From positions 57,455-121,454 of the IMG/VR virus record IMGVR_UViG_3300033148_008025: a DNA stretch of 64,000 bases; one strand, written 5' to 3'. Under the pieces are notes generated by a model, which saw nothing but the letters and a program-made list of their open reading frames with translations, made no database searches and was not told the origin of the DNA. Position numbers and translations under genes: made by a program. This document shows positions 36,101 through 42,714 of the stretch, piece after piece. Source of the stretch: a virus. Each line of letters opens with the position of its first letter. The first letter of the stretch is position 1.

Positions 36101-36346
36101 TCGGAAGTTGAGGTGGGACCGCGTCCAATCGGGCACGAGCCGTTCCTGAAGGGGATTGAGCAGATTCCAATGTTGCGCAAAGACTGGATGAGCCAGATGG
36201 GATACCGGAACATAGAAAAGGCGATCACTGAGGGTGCTGCTACTCTTTCAGAGTCCGACATCCACGGGTATGCGCCGGTCCCAGCATTTGCCTACGGAGC
36301 CGAATTTGGGCTACCTGGCGGAGGAAAAGAGGAGGGAAGTTACTAA
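30116..36346 (+). CDS. rpoBC: Single-chain fused beta-beta' DNA-directed RNA polymerase (cellular two-barrel type)
   Basis: 2076 aa. beta motifs SQLRRKPGV, PIHTPDSGNIGL, KGYNFEDGIV, GDKLTNRHGGKG, NPHGVVSRIN; beta' motifs GHIEL, LNRAPSLH, catalytic NADFDGD (34304-34324), SGARG, trigger loop TQMTLRTFHQGG. No stop between the halves. Confidence 0.97.
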   Translation: MPTMESFDYQDQFNRVKKDVIASVTKALDIQSAGANRKMVVHKVWIDDNKNPADWESQKQAVRKDKTWGVPVYATVDLIDRKTGAVLSSEERIKVATLPRPTNLGSFIIDGKHYQVQSQLRRKPGVYTVQKRNKQLKTEVNIQKRPFDIDMDPETQIFKMKKAGSDQAFALYPILSRLGISDVAMARRWGKDVLEANKSIKPKNAEVSVRKAALFFTGSNFDSAEDAANAIKEYFQDTEIKPEVTKSTLGKAYTKVTPDLLLRGSEELLRANRGEREADDRQALEFKKVLGMSDLMRERMLQSDGQLAGAMSKVRGGISRKINNRKKPVSEISKLIKTNEFTPFFNSFFSQSSLSNITDQTNPITMLNGTAKITVLGEGGVMDATRVRGEERAVHPSQMGFIDPIHTPDSGNIGLVMNLPLGVTKNGENLQTKVIDPITKKIRSITPSEARNMVVAFPDQYSKKTGKFLGDKVRAFVNGQFENVSPDRVDVVLASPKQAFSIASNTIPFLPAAQGVRAQMATKMLEQAIPLSEREAPLVQVGLGRSTIEKSIGEGFSVQALDDGIIEKVEDGKITIKTKDGKVEQKLYTNIPLNKKAFLTSTSTVKEGDAVKKGDVIADSNFTKDGQLALGTNLRAAYIPYKGYNFEDGIVITESAAKKLTSEHMNEFASSIEKGMEVSLKDYMAWKGGGLDLSQRRKLDKDGVIKIGETVHKGDALWVGTRENKYDPDYIAAKKMNPNQDPKKAYREEWTKDGLGEVVDVVKSNGKIKVYVKSKEAAVIGDKLTNRHGGKGIVTKIIPDGEAPYTADGRAVDILLNPHGVVSRINPSQILETAAAKIADLEGKPYVVENFSGENYTESVTKAVKKAGISDTETLYDPHTKKALGDVLVGPQYTLKLSKQATSQFSARSEGKYDADLAPLKGGEDGAKALDMLTFYSMLSHGARSNIREMATYKATENKEFWRWVERGASSGMITPPPEPTLAYKKFEAYMKGAGVNMERRGSKMVLGPMTDEMTDKISNGKVRDATFLRAKDLKYERGGLMDPNIFGQGDKWGHIELAESIPNPVFEKPIKVLTGIDDRTFKAVVKGERFLDPKTNEWNEKKGLTGGEAISHLLKQVDVDKEIAIWTDKAKGAAYKKRKDGTRTEDELNTANKRLRYLHALKKLNMSPDKAYIQKKIPVVPTQFRKIIEMEGGNLSNAGLNSLYRDVGLISDQLKWQKTVDYMPESVKAELRENLYGSVKAVAGLGEQVRRGGSQKADKRPRGIIEQLKGKKAKEGFFQRKVLRRTQNLVGRGTIIPDPKLGVDEVGLPKEMSWTLFEKFVTRRLVNSGYKPNDAIEAVNNRTPAALSALQAEMESRPVMLNRAPSLHKFSIQSFKPRMVDGKAIKIPPLIVGGFNADFDGDAMTVHVPVLSDSVAEAKKMLPSRNLYSPGTGDIMIKPQNEAALGLYQMSIDPKLKGKILEELPEKTRAKFENRPLDKKGLGDLMKSLAIESPDGHGAVVDKLKLMGDDHTYKTGFTVSLKDLSPVLPERNAIFARTKKDLAGIDTKTRKGREEASALISAADKELEAVLASRLDEQGNSFRLMVRSGARGNMQQLKQILSAPFAVPDHRGQVLAEPITTSFAEGLPFSDYWNTLYGARAVATDKQLQTQLPGAFNKDIMASSVTNVISGADCGVNRGVKISLKSKIDDAEDRYLAKDISVGGTVVARAGTLMSTGLLNTLRDRKVDNVEVRSPLTCNKPKGTCAKCFGLNESGNLSQIGDNIGATAGQALSEPLTQMTLRTFHQGGVAGGRGVVSGYDKIDKLFKMPKIKRGKATLAKSDGVIESVKNAPGRTGKNIKISGYRKTHFVENDLWNSNKARVGKNVFKGDILSDGLVQPQELVELKGMQSAQEYLVDEIQDAYGSQGVKLKRKTVETVIRAVANTTKIHDAGDSNFLIGDVAPWTVVEDYNRRSLGKKGLDEIIGLALKEDVPGIRKNTIISEKIRSTLERMGKSEVEVGPRPIGHEPFLKGIEQIPMLRKDWMSQMGYRNIEKAITEGAATLSESDIHGYAPVPAFAYGAEFGLPGGGKEEGSY

Positions 36347-36675
36347 TGGACGAAATAAGAAAACTGGCTGAGAGTTCACTGCAGGAGGCTGTGAGCATAG
36401 CTAGGCTCGCGGGGGGCGCCGGGATGAGGATTAAGCTTGGAGCTGCCCTACCCAAGCTCCCGAGTGCTGCGCAGCAGCTTAGGGCTACTGCGAGCTCCTC
36501 TTGGAGGATGGGAGCCTCGCCGCCAAAGCCGAAGTCTATGCGTCCAAACGGACGCATAGGAGATCCGGCTAGGACCAGGTCGCCAGCCAAGCCTCCAAGC
36601 AAGAAGGCATTTTACCGAGACATGGTTCTCGGAATGGACCCGAGTTATGGCAACCGTATGGCTGTCAAAGGCTAA
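36346..36675 (+). CDS. Small basic protein translationally coupled to the RNAP gene
   Basis: 109 aa; TAATG overlap; begins MDEIRKLA. Confidence 0.6.
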   Translation: MDEIRKLAESSLQEAVSIARLAGGAGMRIKLGAALPKLPSAAQQLRATASSSWRMGASPPKPKSMRPNGRIGDPARTRSPAKPPSKKAFYRDMVLGMDPSYGNRMAVKG

Positions 36676-36680
36676 AAAAA

Positions 36681-37184
36681 TTAGCTTGGTGGCAGTAGGT
36701 AGCCTACGCAAGCATCGTCAGCACCCTTCGTTCCCATCTCAACACACGAAAGTTCACTATTGGTGTCGCTGTCATCTGGAGCCGTAACAAACCATCGACA
36801 ACCCCTGCACTTCGGAACAGAGCCTGAGCACACTGATTGTCGATAGTCGTCTGACATGTTCGCCTTACCATCTCCTCGCAAGAAATATTCTCGTAGTCTT
36901 TCTCGAGCCTGTGGTTCTAGGTCCTTCATGTCCATCCGGTTGATTATTAGATAATCCCTGAAATTCCGTAAATTCCTTTTGGGAATATCAATCCCGTGAT
37001 GTTTTAGAATACGGGCAAGTTTGACCAGACTCCCCGTCTCAGTACTTCTCCTGATAATCTTCGCAAGACTAGCATCTTGCTCTGCAGTTATTTGAAGTCG
37101 AGTTTCCACTGACTTCGAAATCTTTTCATCGAAGTCATGCAGCATCTTTTCCTGAGAAGAGGTGGAACCGTCTGGCTGTTTCAT
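36681..37184 (-). CDS. Hypothetical protein with C-terminal Cys cluster
   Basis: 167 aa; C-x5-C-x2-C...C...C at the C-terminus suggests metal binding. Confidence 0.6.
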   Translation of the reverse strand: MKQPDGSTSSQEKMLHDFDEKISKSVETRLQITAEQDASLAKIIRRSTETGSLVKLARILKHHGIDIPKRNLRNFRDYLIINRMDMKDLEPQARERLREYFLRGDGKANMSDDYRQSVCSGSVPKCRGCRWFVTAPDDSDTNSELSCVEMGTKGADDACVGYLLPPS

Positions 37185-37194
37185 AGCTGAGATG

Positions 37195-37674
37195 CTACCT
37201 CAGAACAAGCTCCGCGTACTCAATCAGATCGTCTTTGGACATCTGTCGAACTCGCTCCAACTCGTTGTGAAGTGAAGCCCGTGGACACCTTTCAATCAGG
37301 TGCCATGAGCTTGCTATCGAACCCAGCAGGCTGCTGGAATCGCAATCGCGCCCAACTAGCATGTCTTCAAATCCGTAGGCACCAACAAAGTGCTCAACAT
37401 CATCAAAGTCTACGCCTGCCGATTCTATTTTCTTGTTTACCATCGAGTGCATCTCGAAGGTGTGCTCGTCTTCACTGGCAACCCTAAGCATCGCAAGACA
37501 CTTAGGGGCCAGATCCCACGGAACACACCCAGAAAACACACCGTTGCTTCCCTCGAGAACGAACTTAACACCATCGCTCCCGACGAACATTTTTCCTCGC
37601 GGACATTCTGCATCCGCCTTGGACTTACTGAGGACTGTAAACGCAATCATTGTTTGTGGAACCTCTGTTTGCAT
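37195..37674 (-). CDS. Hypothetical protein
   Basis: 159 aa from ATG 37674, 4 nt after the ssb stop. Confidence 0.6.
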   Translation of the reverse strand: MQTEVPQTMIAFTVLSKSKADAECPRGKMFVGSDGVKFVLEGSNGVFSGCVPWDLAPKCLAMLRVASEDEHTFEMHSMVNKKIESAGVDFDDVEHFVGAYGFEDMLVGRDCDSSSLLGSIASSWHLIERCPRASLHNELERVRQMSKDDLIEYAELVLR

Positions 37675-37678
37675 TTTT

Positions 37679-38101
37679 CTAGAATGGGATATCGGAATCA
37701 CTACTACCACCACCGAAGTCTGGTGGAGGCCCATCATTGCGACTGGATGAATCCGATCTACTTTCTCCATCTTTCTTGCCTGGGATAAAGGCCCAGCTTG
37801 TGCATACAGTTTCAGTGGAATATCTCTTGTTTCCGTCCTTGTCCTCCCAGGAGCGAGTCTGCGTTTTCCCTTCTAGGTAGATGCCGTCTCCCTTCTTGAA
37901 AAACTTGGCGATGGTCTCGCCACTCTTCCCCCAACAAACAATCCGATGCCACTCGGTTCGCTCCTGCTTTTCCCCTTCTTTATCTTTCCACTCATCCGAT
38001 GTCGCCACCGAGAAGTTGGTTACGGAACTCTCCCCGATTTGCCTCGTCTCTGGGTCCTGCCCAAGACGACCCATTACGATATGTTTGTTAATACCTGACA
38101 T
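37679..38101 (-). CDS. ssb: Single-stranded DNA-binding protein
   Basis: 140 aa; INKHIVMGRLGQDPE, FSVATS, TEWHRIVCWGK, KGDGIYLEGK..TRSWEDKDG, acidic tail DSDIPF. Confidence 0.95.
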   Translation of the reverse strand: MSGINKHIVMGRLGQDPETRQIGESSVTNFSVATSDEWKDKEGEKQERTEWHRIVCWGKSGETIAKFFKKGDGIYLEGKTQTRSWEDKDGNKRYSTETVCTSWAFIPGKKDGESRSDSSSRNDGPPPDFGGGSSDSDIPF

Positions 38102-38152
38102 TGTTCTGCATTTCTTTCCCCGGACAATCGACCGGATTTTCTTGTTCATTAA

Positions 38153-38161
38153 CCTTATGCC
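38153..38161 (-). promoter_or_regulatory. GGCATAAGG motif (copy 2 of 3 exact)
   Basis: Exact 9-mer about 52 nt upstream of the ssb start. Confidence 0.5.
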
Positions 38162-38196
38162 ACTGAACGAGACGTGCTTAAGGTACTATCCAACAC

Positions 38197-39165
38197 GTGC
38201 TGGATATCTTTGGCAACAACCCGCTTGCGAACAAAATTCTAATTGGAATTCTCGGGGAAGAGAAGGATGGTAGGCCGGGCATTTACGCATTTGGGTCGAC
38301 GGACGGATACCCTCTTCCAGATGTCCAGATCTTAAGCCAGGATGCATCCATCGATGGTTCAGGAGAGGTCACTCGCCCTCGAGCTGGCTCTCCGTGTGTA
38401 GTTGCTGTCAGCAACGATGGTGGGCAGGGATACGTAATCGGATTCATTCAGGTACCAGAGTTTGACGAGGACGGTGACGATGATCCATCTGTTGGTAACC
38501 CCAACGAAAACACTGTTGCGGGTGACAAGGTTTACAAGACCGCAGGGGGAGCATCGCTGATTCTCAAGCGAGGGGGTACGGTAATCGTCGAAGGAGGAAG
38601 TGGCGTCGGTGTAATCCTGAACCCGCTAAACAGAACGCTTTCTATGCGGTGTACCAATTATCAGTCGTCTGCAGATGGGTACCGTTCTGCTATGGGAAGA
38701 AAGGAGAGGGGTTCCACGGAACCCGAGACACTCCACGTTGAAGACTTCTCTTCCCAGGTCGGAGCAAGCTTCGATCGGCTCAGGATTGAGCACGGAACTC
38801 TTTCGTCCAATGCGAGACGACAACTATCACTTTCTGCTGTAACAATTGCTTCAAGCAAAGAGACGGGCATCATCAAAACCCGGGAGACATACTACAACAA
38901 TGGCTCATGGGTTGGAGAGGGACCCAAGTATCAGTGGGGCGGGTCTGGCGCTGACGAACCAGCGGTTCTGGGCAATGCACTTGTCGAGGCCATGGAGGAA
39001 CTCATGGACATCATCAGAGATCTCAAGGTGAATACTGCATGGGGTCCATCAACACCCCCCCTGCCCACGACCCTGGCAGCCCTGAATCAACTAAAAAGCA
39101 AGCTATCTGGTAATATTCTCTCGACTTTCCTATTATTCACAAAGGATCCTCCCTCGCTTGGATAG
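38197..39165 (+). CDS. Baseplate central spike / puncturing protein (gp5/gpV-like OB fold + beta-rich tail)
   Basis: 322 aa; PRAGSPCVVAV...GYVIG OB-fold signature, then short beta repeats. Confidence 0.65.
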   Translation: MLDIFGNNPLANKILIGILGEEKDGRPGIYAFGSTDGYPLPDVQILSQDASIDGSGEVTRPRAGSPCVVAVSNDGGQGYVIGFIQVPEFDEDGDDDPSVGNPNENTVAGDKVYKTAGGASLILKRGGTVIVEGGSGVGVILNPLNRTLSMRCTNYQSSADGYRSAMGRKERGSTEPETLHVEDFSSQVGASFDRLRIEHGTLSSNARRQLSLSAVTIASSKETGIIKTRETYYNNGSWVGEGPKYQWGGSGADEPAVLGNALVEAMEELMDIIRDLKVNTAWGPSTPPLPTTLAALNQLKSKLSGNILSTFLLFTKDPPSLG

Positions 39166-39171
39166 TAATTA

Positions 39172-39624
39172 ATGCCCCTAACGCCACAGATTCTGCAGCT
39201 TGCGCAAGGGTTTTCGATACTCTTCGACCCAGAGCTAGCACCAGCGACCACCGAGGACTCGGCGCGTCAATGGGCAAAGGCCTATACAAACTGGGTCGTT
39301 GCGGGTGGAGTAGGAGCAGCAAAGGCCAAGGAGTCCGTCCTTGCCGCAGCACTTACGGTAGCCTTTAACCCCGAGCTCGCAGGGGCGGGACCAGGCCTTC
39401 TTACAAAAGCGTTAAGCAGCTTCTGGATGGGCCTTCCAGTACCAGAGCAACTTTCTATCGTAGTAGCAGTAATTCCAACCGGATCAGTTAATAGTTCACA
39501 ACCAGACAACGCAACGCCAGAGCAGCAAGCCCAGGGCTTGGCTCAAGTAATCTCAGCATTTACACTTGGAGCAGTTAAGGTTCAGCTCACCGCGCCGCCG
39601 AATACAGTTCTACCGCTGATCTAG
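39172..39624 (+). CDS. Hypothetical virion protein (spike-associated by position)
   Basis: 150 aa directly after the spike gene. Confidence 0.55.
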   Translation: MPLTPQILQLAQGFSILFDPELAPATTEDSARQWAKAYTNWVVAGGVGAAKAKESVLAAALTVAFNPELAGAGPGLLTKALSSFWMGLPVPEQLSIVVAVIPTGSVNSSQPDNATPEQQAQGLAQVISAFTLGAVKVQLTAPPNTVLPLI

Positions 39625-39633
39625 GAGAACCCA

Positions 39634-41826
39634 ATGGATAACCTCTTTTCAGAAGACCCACAATTTAGACGAGTCCAATACAAGAAGCTTTCTGACAACG
39701 TCAGGGAGTGGCAGCAAGAAATTGCAGCTATCGTTGCAGAAAAACTTCCAACAAATATGGGGCTTACCGTCGAAGTAGTCTTTCAGACCGTAGACGACGA
39801 AAAGGGATACGCCACCGGATCGGCTATAGCCAAAGACTCGAGCAATTCCAGGCAAGTTGGAATCCCCGTCATTGTCAAATCGTGGCACCTGGCGCCGATC
39901 GACCTCTTCTTTCGAGAAGGAAAACTCCACTTCCTCACCGATGACAACCTGGCGAAAGTGTTCTTCCACAACAGTGCTGGAACGGGTATTGCTCCGCGAG
40001 CTAAGCCTCCAATGATGGCAGATGATAGTTTCGCTGAAATGAGAAATCCCCCTCTTGGGGGGAAGTACTCTTACTCATCTCCTATCTCAGCCATCGAACT
40101 CATCGGTGGAACGATTGGCGCTGAAGACATTCAGATACTCAAAGAGGCCCTCGCCAAAAACCCAGATGTCCTCTCGGGATTCCACCGAAGGAAAACTGTC
40201 TCCGTACTTGAGAAGTATGCAGAAGAAGCTCCGAAGCCAAGTGAACAAGACAGGCTCAACAAGGAGCGAACACTCGGCGTTTTCACGGTAAAAAAAGACT
40301 CCCCGAATGAGTACCGCCTGTACTCAAGCAATGATCAGGTTTTCGATCCAGTCATGGTGTCCACGGATAGGCAGGGCCTGAAGAACTTCCTGGATATGCG
40401 CAAGGCAGAGCTGTGGGACTACGAAAGCGACCCGCTTAGCTCAATTGATCAATGCGGGCACTTCACGGTTAAGCCTCCCAGGAGCCCATACGGGGAAGAG
40501 GTTGATGGCCCGGCTGGCGATGCAGCACTCGGAAAGCATCGGAGTCCATGGGTGTTCGATCCACTCCAAGATGATCGGCTCGTGAAGACAATCGAGAAGT
40601 TCGGTCGTTACGGTGTTCGAGATAGCGATGGAGTGCTTGCGAAGGGATGGGTTCTTCCCAACGTTGTTGATTTCAACGGAAGTTCTCGTCCCATAAAGCT
40701 CTTCCTTGGCAAGGCTCTGGCTTCCATGCAGGGAAGAATTGCAGGCATCCCGCTGAATGACGATGCCGATGTGTCGCTAAAGGCGGATAGCCCAGATACC
40801 GGAAAGACCGGCGTTCTTGTTTATCGAGACGGAGAGCGAATTCTTTCAACCGTTCCATTTCAGGTTACAGCCGTAACGGTTTATAAGAACCTTCGAAGTC
40901 TTAGTGTAACTGATTACAAGGGGACTCCAGCAAATCTGATTCTTTCGCCAAACGTGAATGGCATCGTCAAGCTGACCGACAATAAAAACTCTGAACTCGG
41001 TCCACTTCTTGGTCCAGGTGCGAACTATATCGTCTCGGCTAAAATGTTCTTTGTTCGAATGCCTCGACTCTGTGCTGTCTCGCAGAACCCAGAGGACTTC
41101 AAGAAGATTGCACTCTCTGAGTTTGATTTGAATCCCGTTAAGATTGCCATGGCTAATGGCCAGTACGTTTTTCGAGGCGGACAGGTAGGAAAGTACAGCG
41201 GTGCTGCAAGGCAGGGGATGGCGGAAGCTGCTCACAGTGTCAAAACTGCAAGCTTTGACTACCAGTCCCTTCCTCGCTACCAAGCCGAGTTTCTGTTGGC
41301 AAGCTGGGGGCTTCCCATGGACAAAACCGCGGAAGTCTTGGATGGAGTTAAAAGTAGAATTGGTTTAGAGGTTCACCACTTGAACTTCCCTCCAGTCAGC
41401 GGAGAAGAAAAGACTGCATCCGGTAAAATCGAGTTACGTAAGTATGCTCACTCTCTTCGAGCTCCGATTGGAGACCTCTTGAAGCTTGCTGCCAGCATCG
41501 ATGATGCCCAAGCTGTTGACTCTATCCTCTCGCTAGGGTTCATTAACGATGAGAATATCAATCGTTTTGCCTCCGCGTCATCGATGCTCTGGGAAACGAG
41601 CAACATGCTTGCCAAACTACTTCTTGCCTCCAGGCTTGGAATGAACGATATCCCCGAAGAGGCGTGCCGGTCTGCACTGTCCCATCTTCAGAAAGTCATC
41701 GATGGCCTTCGTCGCTTGAAAATGAAAGGTGAGCAAGAAACCAAAACTGCCTCACCGATGAGTTTTCAAAACAACGTTGGCGGTCGACTCATGTCGTCTA
41801 CGGCAACTTTCGGATTTGTTCGATGA
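39634..41826 (+). CDS. Large hypothetical head-associated protein with clustered K-x-A motifs
   Basis: 730 aa; AGGAG RBS; KTAS x3, KIAL, KTAE, KLAA in the C-third. Confidence 0.65.
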   Translation: MDNLFSEDPQFRRVQYKKLSDNVREWQQEIAAIVAEKLPTNMGLTVEVVFQTVDDEKGYATGSAIAKDSSNSRQVGIPVIVKSWHLAPIDLFFREGKLHFLTDDNLAKVFFHNSAGTGIAPRAKPPMMADDSFAEMRNPPLGGKYSYSSPISAIELIGGTIGAEDIQILKEALAKNPDVLSGFHRRKTVSVLEKYAEEAPKPSEQDRLNKERTLGVFTVKKDSPNEYRLYSSNDQVFDPVMVSTDRQGLKNFLDMRKAELWDYESDPLSSIDQCGHFTVKPPRSPYGEEVDGPAGDAALGKHRSPWVFDPLQDDRLVKTIEKFGRYGVRDSDGVLAKGWVLPNVVDFNGSSRPIKLFLGKALASMQGRIAGIPLNDDADVSLKADSPDTGKTGVLVYRDGERILSTVPFQVTAVTVYKNLRSLSVTDYKGTPANLILSPNVNGIVKLTDNKNSELGPLLGPGANYIVSAKMFFVRMPRLCAVSQNPEDFKKIALSEFDLNPVKIAMANGQYVFRGGQVGKYSGAARQGMAEAAHSVKTASFDYQSLPRYQAEFLLASWGLPMDKTAEVLDGVKSRIGLEVHHLNFPPVSGEEKTASGKIELRKYAHSLRAPIGDLLKLAASIDDAQAVDSILSLGFINDENINRFASASSMLWETSNMLAKLLLASRLGMNDIPEEACRSALSHLQKVIDGLRRLKMKGEQETKTASPMSFQNNVGGRLMSSTATFGFVR

Positions 41827-41829
41827 CAC

Positions 41830-42714
41830 GTGCGATACCCATACGAGCGATTCATTAGGTTTCTCGTATCCCGCAAGCTTGATCCAAGTGACACGCTGAA
41901 CGGGTACGGGCTTCCACACGTGGGTCCGATGTGGACAAGCGATTGCCGCCACGAACTTCGAAAAACAGCTCCATCTGCGATCGTCAACTACATTGATTCC
42001 AAGAACGATCATCTTACGTTTAAGAATGGTGTCCTGGAGTGGGCGGAAGACGAGGGCTTTAGGGAGCTCTGGGATGCCCAACCCGAATTCAGCGGAAAGA
42101 CTGATGCAAAGTTAGACACTGCGCATCTCATTTTCATGAACCCTCACTCAAGGGCTCTGACTGGGATGATGATTCTCTCCAAGGCCTCAGACGATGAAAT
42201 ATGTCTGATGGTCAAAGAGAAGCTCGGCCTCGAGCTAGACGAAGAGGGCTTAGGTATATACTGCGATATCTTCTGGGATGTAGACATCCTCGGCAGAGAG
42301 GGGTGGGAAGCTTTTCTTTCTGAGATAAAAACGAAGGAGGAGAGGCACTACCTCGCACTAGGACTCGGGGCACTGTCACTCGACGAATGTCGCAATACAG
42401 CAGGACTCGGGACGCATCTTGACCTCGACATGATGCTTCACGCTGTTTTGTCAGAGTCCTTCTTCAAGCTGAGAGCTGCTTACAACCACCCAAACCCTGA
42501 AGCTGCGAACATTGAGATGTGGCATAGCCATTGGCAGAGAGCGTGGGATAGAGCAGAGAAAAGACGGAGAGAAGAAGACGGGGAAAATCCAATTGCAAGT
42601 GGCGACTTCGAAGCCCTCTTTTCGATTCGAACAACAAAATCCGAACATGTGTCACTCACTGACCTCAAAGGACACATGTCGACAGGCGCAGAAATCGCAA
42701 AAGAGAAGGGTTGA
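41830..42714 (+). CDS. Hypothetical protein, terminase small subunit candidate
   Basis: 294 aa, helical, immediately upstream of and overlapping terL; identity positional only. Confidence 0.45.
   Translation: MRYPYERFIRFLVSRKLDPSDTLNGYGLPHVGPMWTSDCRHELRKTAPSAIVNYIDSKNDHLTFKNGVLEWAEDEGFRELWDAQPEFSGKTDAKLDTAHLIFMNPHSRALTGMMILSKASDDEICLMVKEKLGLELDEEGLGIYCDIFWDVDILGREGWEAFLSEIKTKEERHYLALGLGALSLDECRNTAGLGTHLDLDMMLHAVLSESFFKLRAAYNHPNPEAANIEMWHSHWQRAWDRAEKRRREEDGENPIASGDFEALFSIRTTKSEHVSLTDLKGHMSTGAEIAKEKG

Noticed and set aside
30116-36346. Host chromosomal rpoBC (cellular DNA or prophage boundary)
   Set aside because: No flanking rplK/rplA/rplJ/rplL or rpsL/rpsG genes; both neighbours are phage-like; the enzyme is shortened, lacks the beta' Zn domain and diverges at universally conserved positions.
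19350-39061. G7/C7 runs (19350, 21810, 29835, 31250, 39055) as phase-variable tracts
   Set aside because: Length 7 is within chance expectation at ~50% GC and matches Gly/Pro codons.
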